DNA of 64,000 nt from Candidatus Omnitrophota bacterium (GCA_041649115.1 JBAZNT010000003.1:13274-77273); one strand, 5' to 3'; positions 19,024 through 29,699 are shown, counted from the first letter of the stretch. The notes: generated from the sequence alone by a model not told the origin. Program-made: numbers and translations.

Positions 19024-20409
19024 ATGGCGAAGAAATTATGGGGAACGAGGTTTGCTAAAGGTCCGTCTGCCTTAGCCGAAAAGTTTACCTCCAGCATTTC
19101 TTTTGACCAGCGCCTTGCGCGCTATGATGTGATGGGGAGCATTGCGCATGCCAAGATGCTGGGAAAGAAAAAGATAATCACGGCTGGGGAGTCCGGGCGT
19201 ATCGTAAGCGGCCTGCGTTCCATTCTGAAGGATATCGACTCGGGACGCTTCAGATTCAACCCGCGCTCCGAAGACATACATTCAAATGTGCAGGAGATAC
19301 TTTTTAAGAAAATCGGAGAACCGGCCAACCGTCTGCACACCGGGCGTTCCCGTAACGACCAGGTAGCCCTGGATATACGCATGTACCTGAAGGATGAAAT
19401 CAAGCAGATAAACAGGTTGATCAAGAGGCTGGAGGCGTCGCTGGTGAAGTTTGCCAGGGCTAACGCCAAGGTGATTATACCAGGCTATACCCATTTGCAG
19501 GTAGCGCAGTGCGTTTTGTTGGCCCACCATGTCCTGGCTTATGTCGAGGCGCTGGAAAGGGACAAGTCCAGGCTTTCCGATACGGCGCAGCGCGCTGACC
19601 AGATGCCTCTGGGCAGCTGCGCCTTCTCCGGGACCGGCCTGCCCATTGACCGCGAATATGTCAGGAAAGAGCTGGGTTTTGCCGGTCTTACCGAAAATAG
19701 CGTTGACAGCGTCAGCGACAGGGATTTTATCATCGAGATGCTGGCAGGGCTGGCCATATTATCGGTCCATCTCTCGCGCATCGCCGAAGACCTCATCATC
19801 TGGTCCACCAGGGAATTTAACTTTATTGATATAGACTTTTCTTTCTGCACCGGCTCCAGCATTATGCCTCACAAGAAGAACCCTGATGTACTGGAGCTGA
19901 TCCGCGGTTCGGTAGGCAGGATAAACGGAGACCTATCGAGCATTCTTATTTTAATGAAAGGTCTGCCTTTTTCCTATAACCGTGACCTGCAACTGGATAA
20001 ACCTCCGCTCTTTGACGCCATCGATACCGTAAAAGGAATCCTGGAGGTGTTTGTTGAGTTGCCCGCAAATATCCGCATCAACAAAGGGGCGGTTGCCGCA
20101 AGGTTGATGGATGAGTCTTTGTTTTCAGTGGATATCGTAGAATACCTTATTAATAAAGGCATATCGTACCGCCAGGCCCACGACATTGTAGGCAGGATGG
20201 TGAGGGATTGCCTTGACCGCGGACGCAACATCTCAAGTTTGAGCGTATCCGAGCTTAAAAGGTATTCGCCGAAATTGGGTCCGGACGTAAAGGTAATCCT
20301 TAACGCCTGGGCCTCGGTTAATCTCAAGTCGTCCTACGGCAGCACCAACCCCCGCCTGGTAGCGCGCCAGATTGCAAAGTGGGAGAAAAAACTTAATGCA
20401 CGAGTTTAG
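19024..20409 (+). CDS. argH: Argininosuccinate lyase
   Basis: 461 aa fumarate-lyase family protein with the GSSIMPHKKNP signature. Confidence 0.95.
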   Translation: MAKKLWGTRFAKGPSALAEKFTSSISFDQRLARYDVMGSIAHAKMLGKKKIITAGESGRIVSGLRSILKDIDSGRFRFNPRSEDIHSNVQEILFKKIGEPANRLHTGRSRNDQVALDIRMYLKDEIKQINRLIKRLEASLVKFARANAKVIIPGYTHLQVAQCVLLAHHVLAYVEALERDKSRLSDTAQRADQMPLGSCAFSGTGLPIDREYVRKELGFAGLTENSVDSVSDRDFIIEMLAGLAILSVHLSRIAEDLIIWSTREFNFIDIDFSFCTGSSIMPHKKNPDVLELIRGSVGRINGDLSSILILMKGLPFSYNRDLQLDKPPLFDAIDTVKGILEVFVELPANIRINKGAVAARLMDESLFSVDIVEYLINKGISYRQAHDIVGRMVRDCLDRGRNISSLSVSELKRYSPKLGPDVKVILNAWASVNLKSSYGSTNPRLVARQIAKWEKKLNARV

Positions 20410-21667
20410 ATATATAGGCAAACACCTTTATTGCGAGAAGGTCAGGGTAGAGGATTTGGCGCGCAGGTTCGCTACGCCCCTCTATGTCTACAGTTACCAT
20501 ACGCTGATAGGCCACTACCTTAAGCTTAAAGAGGCATTCTCCGCCATAGAGCCTTTAATATGTTATTCCGTAAAGGCCAATTCAAACCTTGCGATATTAA
20601 AGGCGCTGGTAGATAAAGGGGCGGGATTGGATATTGTTTCCGGAGGGGAGTTGTTCAGGGCGCTTAAGGTCGGCTGCCCCACTGAGCGAATAGTCTATGC
20701 CTCGGTAGGCAAGACAGATGACGAGATCAAAGAGGCTATCAGCAAGAGGATACTCTTTTTTAACGCCGAGTCGTTCCCGGAGCTTGAAAACATCAATCGC
20801 ATTGCCAGGGGCCTCAACCGCAGGGTAAACGTAGCCATACGCATTAACCCCGACGTGGAGCCCCGCACCCATAAGTTTATTACCACGGGTAAACTCACCA
20901 ATAAGTTCGGGATTGATTTCAAGAGCGCCGAGAGGATACTCCTGCGTTGTTACAGTTTCCCCAACCTCAACATCAGGGGGCTGCATATCCATATAGGGTC
21001 GCAGATTACCGAAAGCGCGCCGTACGTGGCTGCGCTTGGGAAGGTAGTTGATTTTATCGGCCGGCTCCGTAAAAAAGGATTCGGCCTGGAGTATCTTAAT
21101 ATCGGAGGGGGGCTGGGCATTATTTATGACCGCGAGACCCCGCAGACCGCCAGGAAATTCTCCCGGAGGGTTTCGCCTCTCTTGAAAAAGACGGGTTTGA
21201 AAATAATACTTGAACCGGGCAGGTTCATTGTCGGCAATGCCGGTATACTGGTGAGCAAGGTTTTATATCTTAAGTCCACTCCGAAGAAGAAATTCGTGAT
21301 TGTCGACGCAGGCATGAATGACCTTGTCAGGCCCGCCCTTTATGACGCCTACCATAATATTGCGCCCCTCTGCCTGAATGAGAGCGGCAGGCGCCTGCCA
21401 GAGAAAGTGGATGTGGTGGGTCCGATATGCGAGAGCGCGGATTTCTTTGCCAAATCCCGCAGCCTGCCTGCGCTGAGGGAGGGCGATTATCTGGCGGTAA
21501 TGAGTGCCGGCGCATATGGCTTTACCATGTCTTCTAATTATAATTCCCGTTGCAGGCCTGCCGAGGTTCTTGTTATTAAGGACCGCGCCTTTGTTATTCG
21601 CAAGAGGGAAAACTTAAACGAGCTGGTGCACAACGAGAGCATCCCGGCGTTCCTGTTCGGTTTATAG
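20396..21667 (+). CDS. lysA: Diaminopimelate decarboxylase
   Basis: Orn/DAP/Arg decarboxylase fold with YSVKAN (PLP Lys), GGGLGI and ESAD motifs. ATG 20396 follows GGGAG; the track start is 20372. Confidence 0.9.
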   Translation: MHEFRYIGKHLYCEKVRVEDLARRFATPLYVYSYHTLIGHYLKLKEAFSAIEPLICYSVKANSNLAILKALVDKGAGLDIVSGGELFRALKVGCPTERIVYASVGKTDDEIKEAISKRILFFNAESFPELENINRIARGLNRRVNVAIRINPDVEPRTHKFITTGKLTNKFGIDFKSAERILLRCYSFPNLNIRGLHIHIGSQITESAPYVAALGKVVDFIGRLRKKGFGLEYLNIGGGLGIIYDRETPQTARKFSRRVSPLLKKTGLKIILEPGRFIVGNAGILVSKVLYLKSTPKKKFVIVDAGMNDLVRPALYDAYHNIAPLCLNESGRRLPEKVDVVGPICESADFFAKSRSLPALREGDYLAVMSAGAYGFTMSSNYNSRCRPAEVLVIKDRAFVIRKRENLNELVHNESIPAFLFGL

Positions 21668-21668
21668 C

Positions 21669-22475
21669 ATGCAGAGGATAAATTTTACCAAGATGGTGGC
21701 TTCGGGAAACGATTTCGTAATCTTGAACCGCAAGCCGCGCGGCCCCCTGGCTTCTTTTGCAAGATCGATATGCGACCGTAGATTCGGCGCAGGCGCGGAC
21801 GGCTTGCTCCTCTTGGAGAAAGTCCGCCAGGAGCAGATAGCGATGCGTATATTTAATGCCGACGGCTCAGAGGCCCAGATGTGCGGAAACGGCGCGCGTT
21901 GCGCTGCCCTCTGGGCAAAAAAAACCGGGGTTAGCGTAAAATCGCCAGTCCGTATAAAGACTAAAGCCGGCATTATCGAGTCGCTCGTCATGCGCGATAC
22001 CGTGCGCATTAAATTGACCGACCCGCGCAATTTAAGGCTGAATCTCAGTCTTAAGATTAACGGCCGCGCATTAGGATTGAGTTTTATCAATACCGGCGTC
22101 CCGCATGCGGTCCTGTTTGCCGATAAGGTTGACGGTATTGACGTAGTCGGACTGGGCAGGCAGGTTCGAAACCACAGGTTTTTTCAACCCCGCGGCACTA
22201 ATGTAGATTTTGTGCAGGTAGAGGGTCCGGATTCGGTAAGGCTGCGTACCTACGAGAGAGGCGTGGAAGATGAGACCCTTGCCTGCGGTACCGGCAGCGT
22301 GGCGGCCGCCCTGGTCTTTGCCTTAAAAGGGGGCGGCAGGGACGGAGTTGTCAATGTCCAAACCCAGAGCCGAGAGGCCCTTAAGGTTTATTTTGAGAGG
22401 GCAACCCGCACCTTTAAAAATGTCTGGCTGGAAGGCAAGGCCAGGATAGTTTACCAAGGAGCGTATTATGTATAA
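21669..22475 (+). CDS. dapF: Diaminopimelate epimerase
   Basis: 268 aa with both catalytic Cys motifs (MCGNGARC, ACGTGS). Confidence 0.9.
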   Translation: MQRINFTKMVASGNDFVILNRKPRGPLASFARSICDRRFGAGADGLLLLEKVRQEQIAMRIFNADGSEAQMCGNGARCAALWAKKTGVSVKSPVRIKTKAGIIESLVMRDTVRIKLTDPRNLRLNLSLKINGRALGLSFINTGVPHAVLFADKVDGIDVVGLGRQVRNHRFFQPRGTNVDFVQVEGPDSVRLRTYERGVEDETLACGTGSVAAALVFALKGGGRDGVVNVQTQSREALKVYFERATRTFKNVWLEGKARIVYQGAYYV

Positions 22476-23343
22476 AGGCTCAATCGTGGCAATCGTTACG
22501 CCTTTTAAAAAAGGTAAATTAGACGAGGAGAAATTCAGGAAGCTCATAGATTTTCAGATCAAAAACGGCACCAGCGGCATTGTCCCTTGCGGCACTACCG
22601 GTGAATCCGCGACCCTATCTTTTGATGAACATGAGCGCGTTATCGAGATTGCCATCGAGCAGGTAGGGGGGAGGATCCCGGTGATTGCCGGTACCGGCTC
22701 TAACTCCACCGAAGAAGCTATTATGCTGACCAGGCACGCTGCCAAGGCAGGCGCAGAGGCATCGCTGCAGGTTTCCCCTTATTATAACCGGCCTACGCAG
22801 AGAGGGCTTTACGAGCACTTCAAGGCTATTGCCGAGGCGGTAGATATTAAGATTATTCTTTACAATATCGCTTCGCGCACCGGGGTCAATATTGAGCCGG
22901 AGACCATTGCCCGCCTGGCCCGCGATTGCAAAAACATCGTAGGAGTAAAGGAGGCCTCCGGCAACCTGGAGCAGATGGCGCGCATAAAAGCGCTATGCCC
23001 GGATGGGTTCGATTTAATCTCCGGCGATGACAGCCTGACGCTTCCGGTACTGTCTCTGGGGGGCACCGGCGTGATATCGGTAGTTGCCAATATCGTGCCC
23101 AGGGAAGTAGCAGATATGATCGGTTTCTTCCAGCAGGCAGATATAGAGAAGGCGCGCAGCCTATACTACAGGCTTCTGCCGCTGGTTAAGTCCATGTTTA
23201 TCGAAACCAACCCTATACCGGTCAAGGCCGCCATGGGGATTTTGGGGATGTGTGAGCCGGAGGTCAGGTTACCGCTGTATGCAATGTCGGATGAAAACCG
23301 CAGTAAACTCCAGGATAGTCTGCGTCTATACGGATTATTATAA
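22468..23343 (+). CDS. dapA: 4-hydroxy-tetrahydrodipicolinate synthase
   Basis: 291 aa with GTTGES and VGVKEASG (Schiff-base Lys) motifs. Confidence 0.9.
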   Translation: MYKGSIVAIVTPFKKGKLDEEKFRKLIDFQIKNGTSGIVPCGTTGESATLSFDEHERVIEIAIEQVGGRIPVIAGTGSNSTEEAIMLTRHAAKAGAEASLQVSPYYNRPTQRGLYEHFKAIAEAVDIKIILYNIASRTGVNIEPETIARLARDCKNIVGVKEASGNLEQMARIKALCPDGFDLISGDDSLTLPVLSLGGTGVISVVANIVPREVADMIGFFQQADIEKARSLYYRLLPLVKSMFIETNPIPVKAAMGILGMCEPEVRLPLYAMSDENRSKLQDSLRLYGLL

Positions 23344-23358
23344 AGAGGAGCGGCGATC

Positions 23359-24075
23359 ATGATTAAATTAGGAGTAGCGGGAGCGTGCGGCAGGATGGGC
23401 AGGAGGATTATGGAATTGGCTTCTTGCGATAAGGAGCTTGAGGTTTCTCTTGCCCTTGAGAAAAAAGGCACGCCTGTCATCGGCAGGGAATGGGGAAAGA
23501 TCAAGATATCCTCCAGCCCCGACGGCATCTTCCTGGTAGACGTATTTGTGGATTTTACCTTCCCCGATGCAAGCGAGGCAAACCTTGATTATGTTGCTAA
23601 GTATAAAAAAGCGCTGGTGCTCGGGACCACAGGGTTCGGGGAGGCGCAGCTAAGAAAAATAGAGGAGATAAGCCGCCTTGTGCCGATCGTGTTTTCTCCG
23701 AATATGTCTGTAGGGGTAAATGTCCTTTTCTCAATTCTCCCCGAGTTGGCCCGCAGGCTCGGACCGGATTACGGCATTGAGATAGTTGAGGCGCACCACC
23801 AGGCGAAGAAGGACGCTCCTTCCGGCACTGCCAGGAGGTTTGCCGAGCTTCTGGCCGAGGTTGCGCATAAAAAGATACCTGCCCATTCCGTCAGACTCGG
23901 CGATATTGTCGGAGACCATAGCATTATCTTCTGCGGGAATTCCGAGCGCATCGAAGTAAAACACCAGGCCCACAGCCGCGACCTCTTTGCGCTGGGAGCG
24001 CTAAAGGCTGCAAGATGGGTTTATAATAAACCTGCAGGGTTGTATTCCATGCAGGACGTATTAAAGTTAAAGTAA
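23359..24075 (+). CDS. dapB: 4-hydroxy-tetrahydrodipicolinate reductase
   Basis: 238 aa with GACGRMG N-terminus and EAHHQAKKDAPSGTA motif. Confidence 0.9.
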   Translation: MIKLGVAGACGRMGRRIMELASCDKELEVSLALEKKGTPVIGREWGKIKISSSPDGIFLVDVFVDFTFPDASEANLDYVAKYKKALVLGTTGFGEAQLRKIEEISRLVPIVFSPNMSVGVNVLFSILPELARRLGPDYGIEIVEAHHQAKKDAPSGTARRFAELLAEVAHKKIPAHSVRLGDIVGDHSIIFCGNSERIEVKHQAHSRDLFALGALKAARWVYNKPAGLYSMQDVLKLK

Positions 24076-24090
24076 AAGAACAGGAGAGCA

Positions 24091-25287
24091 ATGTTTGAAT
24101 CTTCCCGGAAACTAGCTTCCTTGCCGCCTTACCTGTTTCTTGAGATTGATAAGGCTAAAAGAAGGGCGCGCTCAGAAGGCAGGGATATTATTGACTTAGG
24201 CATCGGAGACCCTGACCGGCCAACCCCCGGGCACATCGTTGAAGCGCTCTGCAAGGCAGCATTAAATCCTTATAACCACCGTTATGCCCTTGACCAGGGT
24301 ATGCCGGCATTGCGCAAAGCCATCGCCAGATGGCATAAGAGGCGTTTTAACGTTAGGCTTGACCCTGATTCAGAGATCCTGCCGTTGCTGGGCTCCAAAG
24401 AAGGGATTGCGCATCTGCCCCTGGCATTCCTGAATCGCGGAGATTATTCCCTGGTGCCTGATCCCTGCTACCCGCCTTATAAAGGGGGGACTATCCTGGC
24501 CGGAGGCAGGCCTTACGTCATGCCCCTTTTAGAGGATAATGATTTCCTCCCCGACCTTAAAAAAATACCTTCCGGCGTCCGCCGCAAGGCAAAGCTTCTT
24601 TATGTAAATTATCCTAATAATCCTACTTCCGCCGTTTGCGGGAGGTCATTCTACGAAGAGGTAAGCGATTTTGCCGCAAGCAACAAACTTATCGTGGTTT
24701 CGGACCTCGCTTATTCCGAGGTCAGCTACGGAGATTACCGGCCTTGCAGTTTCTTGGAGGCAAGGGGGGCCAGGAAGGTAGGCATTGAATTCCATTCGCT
24801 TTCCAAGACTTATAATATGACAGGTTGGAGGGTAGGATGGGCCTGCGGAAACCCCGCATTGATATCGGCCCTGGCAAAGGTCAAGTCTAATATTGATTCC
24901 GGAATTTTTTCTGCTGTTCAGGAGGCGGCTGTTGCTGCGCTTGACGGGCCCCGGGATGCGCTTCGTGATATCCGAAAGACTTATCAGTCCAGGCGCGATA
25001 TCCTTATCCAGGGTCTTAAGGGATTGGGCTGGGAGGTCAAGCCCCCCAAGGCTACTTTTTATGTCTGGCTTAAAGTCCCCTCAATTTCCGGTTTCAGGAA
25101 AGCGTCGCGCAGCAAGGTCAGCCACAGCTCCGTAGCTTTTGCCTCGTTCTTATTAGAGAGGGCGGATATCGTTGTCACGCCGGGGGTAGGGTTCGGAAGC
25201 TACGGCGAGGGATATATCCGTATGGCGCTTACGGTTGACGAAGAAAGGATGCGTCAGGCCATTGCCCGCCTTAAAAAGATTGTTTAG
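24091..25287 (+). CDS. dapL: Class I aminotransferase, probable LL-diaminopimelate aminotransferase
   Basis: 398 aa with LPPYLF...GIGDPD N-terminus and SLSKTYNMTGWR PLP-Lys motif. It follows dapF-dapA-dapB, and no dapD/C/E is present in the window. Confidence 0.65.
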   Translation: MFESSRKLASLPPYLFLEIDKAKRRARSEGRDIIDLGIGDPDRPTPGHIVEALCKAALNPYNHRYALDQGMPALRKAIARWHKRRFNVRLDPDSEILPLLGSKEGIAHLPLAFLNRGDYSLVPDPCYPPYKGGTILAGGRPYVMPLLEDNDFLPDLKKIPSGVRRKAKLLYVNYPNNPTSAVCGRSFYEEVSDFAASNKLIVVSDLAYSEVSYGDYRPCSFLEARGARKVGIEFHSLSKTYNMTGWRVGWACGNPALISALAKVKSNIDSGIFSAVQEAAVAALDGPRDALRDIRKTYQSRRDILIQGLKGLGWEVKPPKATFYVWLKVPSISGFRKASRSKVSHSSVAFASFLLERADIVVTPGVGFGSYGEGYIRMALTVDEERMRQAIARLKKIV

Positions 25288-25291
25288 CAGT

Positions 25292-25693
25292 ATGGTAACT
25301 TGCTATCTGGGTATCGGCTCTAATATCGGAGACAGGCGCAGGTATATAAGTTTGGCGATTAAAAAACTCAAGGGTTTAAAAAATACCAGGATAATCAAGG
25401 TGTCCCGCCTTTATGAAACCGAGCCTTTCGGAGGCCCTTGCGGACAACGCAGATACCTTAATGCCGCCGTCAGGATTAAAACCTCAGTTACGCCGCCGGC
25501 ACTACTAAGAAAAATCAAAGAAATCGAAAATCTCCTCGGGAGAAACAGGTCCAGGCGCTGGGGGCCGCGCAGGATCGACCTGGATATACTTTTTTACGGC
25601 GATAGGAATATCGATAGCAGCGTTTTAAAGGTCCCGCATCCCGGAGTCTTCCGCCGGGGGTTCGTGATGCGGCCGCTGATGGAAGTGCTGTGA
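25292..25693 (+). CDS. folK: 6-hydroxymethyl-dihydropterin pyrophosphokinase (HPPK)
   Basis: LGIGSNIGDR N-terminus, RWGPRRIDLDIL and VPHP motifs. I chose ATG 25292; the track start is 25235. Confidence 0.85.
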   Translation: MVTCYLGIGSNIGDRRRYISLAIKKLKGLKNTRIIKVSRLYETEPFGGPCGQRRYLNAAVRIKTSVTPPALLRKIKEIENLLGRNRSRRWGPRRIDLDILFYGDRNIDSSVLKVPHPGVFRRGFVMRPLMEVL

Positions 25694-26556
25694 GGATTAT
25701 AAGAGATATAAAAAAGATGCAGCGGATTGCGGGAGGCTGGAGGAGGAACGGCCAGCGCATCGGATTTGTCCCGACAATGGGGGCCTTGCACGAGGGGCAT
25801 TTAAGCCTGGTCCGGCGGGCACGCAGGGATAACGAGAAGGTAGTCGTTAGCATATTTGTCAACCCTGCCCAGTTCGCTGCGGGGGAGGATTTTAAGAGAT
25901 ATCCCCGGGATTTATCAGGAGATGCTGCCTCCTGCCGCAAGGAGGGCGTAGATGTAGTTTTTTATCCCCAGGCCAGGCAGATGTACCCTCCCGATTATAA
26001 GACCTATGTCGAGGTTCGGGATTTAAGCAATGTTCTTTGCGGCAAGTTTCGTCCAGGACATTTCCGGGGGGTAGCTACGGTAGTAACCAAATTGTTTAAT
26101 ATCGTGCAGCCGGATAGCGCTTATTTTGGGCAAAAGGATGCCCAGCAGGCAGTTATTATCAGGCATATGAGCCGCGATTTAAATATGCCTCTTAGTATTG
26201 AGGTTATTCCTACCATGCGCGATAAGGACGGCCTGGCCATGAGTTCGCGCAACAGCTATCTGAGCCCGCAGGAAAGAAGCAATGCCATTGCCTTAAACCA
26301 GGCCTTGAGATTGGCAGAGGGGCTTGTCAGATTCGGCAGGCGCGATGCCAGGGGCATTATCGCTGAACTTGAGGATTTCATCAGGCGCATTCCCGGGACA
26401 AAGATCCAGTACCTGCGGATCGTGGACCCGGATACCCTAGCGCCTTTAGCTAAAATAAAGACGAGGGCGTTGGTTGTGCTGGCGGTGTATCTAGGAAAGA
26501 CGCGTCTGATAGACAATACTATCGTAAAGGCTAAAAGGTTATGCCGCGGAGATTAA
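25690..26556 (+). CDS. panC: Pantoate--beta-alanine ligase
   Basis: 288 aa with the PTMGALHEGHLSL HIGH-type motif. Confidence 0.9.
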   Translation: MRIIRDIKKMQRIAGGWRRNGQRIGFVPTMGALHEGHLSLVRRARRDNEKVVVSIFVNPAQFAAGEDFKRYPRDLSGDAASCRKEGVDVVFYPQARQMYPPDYKTYVEVRDLSNVLCGKFRPGHFRGVATVVTKLFNIVQPDSAYFGQKDAQQAVIIRHMSRDLNMPLSIEVIPTMRDKDGLAMSSRNSYLSPQERSNAIALNQALRLAEGLVRFGRRDARGIIAELEDFIRRIPGTKIQYLRIVDPDTLAPLAKIKTRALVVLAVYLGKTRLIDNTIVKAKRLCRGD

Positions 26557-27362
26557 GGATTTCAATTATAGGCTGCGGGGCGATCGGCAGTTCTTTAGCC
26601 AGGGGAATCAAGTCGCGGTTTCTAAGCCGCGCCGTATTATCCGGACTTTATGATATTGACAGGCAGAGATCCCTGCGTCTGGCGAGGCAGCTTAGATCTC
26701 CCGGCCTGGCAGTCAAGGATTTAGAAACTGCCATCAGGAAAGCAGATTTGTTAATTGAGGCTGCCGCTGCCGGCGCCTCATTTGGAATTGCCATGAAAGC
26801 GGTTTCAGCCGGCCGCGATATTATGGTGATGAGCGTAGGCGGTTTATTGCAAGGGCGGCGTAAATTAGAGAACAAGGCTTCCAGGAGCGGCTCGCGCGTA
26901 TTTATACCTTCAGGGGCAATATCCGGCATCGATGCCTTAAGGGCGTCCAGGTTTTCCGGGATCAAAAAGGTAACCCTTATTACTGCCAAACCTCCCCAGG
27001 CATTCAGCGGCGTCCCGTATATCCTAAGGAGAGGGATAATCCTTTCGAAAATCAAGAAAGACAAGGTTATTTTCGAGGGGAGCGCTTTAAGGGCTACCCG
27101 TGCATTTAAGCAGAATGTAAACGTGGCGGCAACATTAAGCCTGGCAGGGATAGGACCGCAGAAGACAAGGGTGCGCATTGTGGCCTCTCCCGGACTCAAA
27201 CGCAATACGCACCGTATCGAGATTGAGTCGGGCTCGGGCAGGATAGTTACCTTGACCGAAAACGTTATCCATCCCGCCAATCCCAAGACGAGTTATCTGG
27301 CGGTCCTTGCGGCGCTGGCAACGCTGGAAGGAATCCTCGAGCCGTTTAAGATTGGCAATTAA
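26541..27362 (+). CDS. Aspartate dehydrogenase-like NAD(P)-binding protein
   Basis: 273 aa with IIGCGAIGS Rossmann start. Overall length and layout fit the NadX family, but the assignment is from memory only. Confidence 0.55.
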   Translation: MPRRLRISIIGCGAIGSSLARGIKSRFLSRAVLSGLYDIDRQRSLRLARQLRSPGLAVKDLETAIRKADLLIEAAAAGASFGIAMKAVSAGRDIMVMSVGGLLQGRRKLENKASRSGSRVFIPSGAISGIDALRASRFSGIKKVTLITAKPPQAFSGVPYILRRGIILSKIKKDKVIFEGSALRATRAFKQNVNVAATLSLAGIGPQKTRVRIVASPGLKRNTHRIEIESGSGRIVTLTENVIHPANPKTSYLAVLAALATLEGILEPFKIGN

Positions 27363-27393
27363 ATCTTAAAAAGAAAGGAGGTGAAGACGCAAT

Positions 27394-27636
27394 ATGGCAC
27401 AGAAACTGATGAAATTGAAAATCAAGAGACAGAAGGGTTACCTCTACTATATCGACAAAAAAGGCGACGTCTCCTGCGCGAAGATGGCCAGGGGAGCCAA
27501 AAAGGGAGGCAATCCCAAGAAGGTAGCAAAATGCGGCATCAAGAGAAAAGAGGGGTACCTCTATTTTCTTGACAAGCAAGGCGATGTATCTTGCGCCAAG
27601 ATGAAAAGAGGCGGCAAGAAGAAAAAGAGACGTTAG
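27394..27636 (+). CDS. Small lysine-rich protein with internal tandem repeat
   Basis: 80 aa built from two units, K-x-KGYLYYIDKKGDVSCAKM-RG-KKGG and KEGYLYFLDKQGDVSCAKMKRGGKKKK. An AGGAGG RBS lies upstream. Confidence 0.7.
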   Translation: MAQKLMKLKIKRQKGYLYYIDKKGDVSCAKMARGAKKGGNPKKVAKCGIKRKEGYLYFLDKQGDVSCAKMKRGGKKKKRR

Positions 27637-27646
27637 CAGTAAGGGC

Positions 27647-27712
27647 GCCCCGCATCCTTTTTCCTTAAGACGGACGGATTCATCTTAAAGATGCGGGGCT
27701 TCCTTTATTATT
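27647..27712 (+). terminator. Long-loop hairpin plus T-rich tail after the small basic gene
   Basis: GCCCCGCATC (27647-27656) pairs with GATGCGGGGC (27690-27699), followed by TTCCTTTATTATT. Confidence 0.3.
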
Positions 27713-27733
27713 AAGATACCCGAAAGAGGGGCA

Positions 27734-29695
27734 ATGAAGTCCAGGTACGCCATTCTCATTATTATCGTTGCGGCAGCCGCGGTTTACCTTAACTCGCTCG
27801 GCAACGCCTTTGTCTGGGATGACATCGCGCTGGTAGTGAACAACGATTTTATCAAGGGGCCTGCCCTTATCAAGGAAGCGCTTCTTAGCCCCCTTTATTA
27901 TTTCGGGCAAGAGCCGAATTTTTATTACCGCCCCCTGCAGACCCTGTCTTATCTTTTTGATTATTCCCTCTGGGGGCTTAACCCCTTCGGTTTCCACCTG
28001 GTTAATCTCATCCTGCATGCCTTGCTCGCCTTTTTAGCCTACCGTTTTATAGACCTTATAACCGCTAACCGCGAAATCGCATTTTTAAGCGCCGTATTAT
28101 TCGCAATACATCCGCTAAATTCCTCTGTCGTAAATTATGTTTCCAGCAGGGCGGATATACTGCTGGCCATATTTTCGCTCTCGGCACTGCTTTTGTTCAT
28201 TAAGGGCGGCGGCAGGCGTCGCCTCTTTTCCCTATTATTTTTTATCATGGCTTTGTTATCAAAGGAAGCCGCGGTAATCTTTCCGTTGGTGATTATTTTT
28301 ACCCAGGAGGCGTATTTTAGAATCAAGGGGATTAGGCAAGGGAGGGCAAAGATACGCCTATGGTATGCGGCTTTTATTTTAATCTCTCTGGGCTACCTGC
28401 TCTTGAGAATCGGGATTGTCAGGATAGGCACAGGCATCCTCCCTCCCCCGGGCACCGACCCCTGGGGCACGATATTCACCTTCATTAATATAAACATAAA
28501 ATATATCAGCCTGGTATGCGCGCCTTTGGGATTGCACATGCTTCGCAATATACCCGTTGCGGTTCCTCTGGCGCCCGCCTTTATCTTCTACGGCCTGCTT
28601 GTCTTGGCTTTTTTGGCTGTCTCGGTTATCGTTTACTATTTTAATAAACGGGCATTTTTATTATTAGGATTGTCTTTTCTCTGGCTATTGCCGACGGCAA
28701 CGCTTTTTTTCAGATACCCCGAGTATTACGTTCAGGGCAGGGCAATTATGCCGGAGAACTGGTTTTACCTTCCGTTGATCGGGATATTGGCAGCCGGGGT
28801 CTGGTTTTTAAAAATGATTACGGCAAGGGCGCGGCCGGTATTTTATGTTATCGTATGGTGTCTGGCGATTTACTTCTCGGCTATAACCTTCAGAGCGAAT
28901 TCATCCTGGCGTAATAATTACGCCCTTTTCAGCCGTATCCTGGAATATGTTGATAACAGCGCGACCGCTTACCGCAATATGGCATTGCTTTATTTAGGAA
29001 GGGCGGAGAATGAAAAGGCAATCGAATCTTATCGGAATGCGCTCTCCTTAAGACAGGAGGACAAGAAAAAAGCGGTTTTCTACAGCGGCATTGCCATGGC
29101 ATACCTGGCGGACAAAAAAATGAAGGACGCCTACGATAGCGCCAAAAAGGCAGTTGCCATGGATGGAGGCAATGCCGATGCCAGGGCATCTCTCGGGGTG
29201 GTTTATGCCGCAAGAGGCGATGCCAGAAAGGCAAGGGAGGAGTGGCTCGAGGGCCTGGAGATTGACCCTTTCAACAGGTTGGCCTTTGACCGCCTGGCGT
29301 CGCTGTCCCTTAAAGACTCCGGCCTGCGCGAATATTTGATTGAAAAATACCGGGGGATGATTGAGAAGGGAGGAGCCTTTGGCAACTACAGGGCCTACCG
29401 CGGACTGGGGATAATCTACCTTTACAACAATATGGATTCCCACGCCTTCCTTAATTTCGCCAAGTCTCTTGAGCTTGACCCGTATGAGCCTAAGTCCAAT
29501 AACGGGATGGCAATCTGTTATGTGCGCTCAGGGGATTTTGTAAGGGCGGCCATTTTTTTTAAAAGGTCTATCAGACTGAACCCCTTTGACCCCGAGCCTT
29601 ACCGAAACCTAAGCCTTCTTTACCGGCAATTGAATATGACTAAGCAATCCGCCCGTTTATTAGAACAGGCCGCATCGTTGAACCTATTACAATAA
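27734..29695 (+). CDS. TMTC/PMT-like polytopic membrane glycosyltransferase candidate with C-terminal TPR repeats
   Basis: 653 aa with the [13 protein letters not shown] motif after the first helix, many TM helices and a C-terminal TPR block. It is a paralog of 356..2119. Confidence 0.55.
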   Translation: MKSRYAILIIIVAAAAVYLNSLGNAFVWDDIALVVNNDFIKGPALIKEALLSPLYYFGQEPNFYYRPLQTLSYLFDYSLWGLNPFGFHLVNLILHALLAFLAYRFIDLITANREIAFLSAVLFAIHPLNSSVVNYVSSRADILLAIFSLSALLLFIKGGGRRRLFSLLFFIMALLSKEAAVIFPLVIIFTQEAYFRIKGIRQGRAKIRLWYAAFILISLGYLLLRIGIVRIGTGILPPPGTDPWGTIFTFININIKYISLVCAPLGLHMLRNIPVAVPLAPAFIFYGLLVLAFLAVSVIVYYFNKRAFLLLGLSFLWLLPTATLFFRYPEYYVQGRAIMPENWFYLPLIGILAAGVWFLKMITARARPVFYVIVWCLAIYFSAITFRANSSWRNNYALFSRILEYVDNSATAYRNMALLYLGRAENEKAIESYRNALSLRQEDKKKAVFYSGIAMAYLADKKMKDAYDSAKKAVAMDGGNADARASLGVVYAARGDARKAREEWLEGLEIDPFNRLAFDRLASLSLKDSGLREYLIEKYRGMIEKGGAFGNYRAYRGLGIIYLYNNMDSHAFLNFAKSLELDPYEPKSNNGMAICYVRSGDFVRAAIFFKRSIRLNPFDPEPYRNLSLLYRQLNMTKQSARLLEQAASLNLLQ

Positions 29696-29699
29696 AAAT

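Noticed and set aside
25060-25140. Apparent 15-aa insertion (SISGFRKASRSKVSHS) in the DapL-like aminotransferase
   Set aside because: It cannot be evaluated without an alignment. It is probably a lineage-specific loop, so I do not report it as a finding.
26648-27286. 212-aa minus-strand ORF
   Set aside because: It is antisense to the aspartate-dehydrogenase-like gene and low-complexity. I treat it as a shadow ORF. The same applies to 14128..14718, 2464..2997, 4390..4926, 41943..42392 and 50660..51238.
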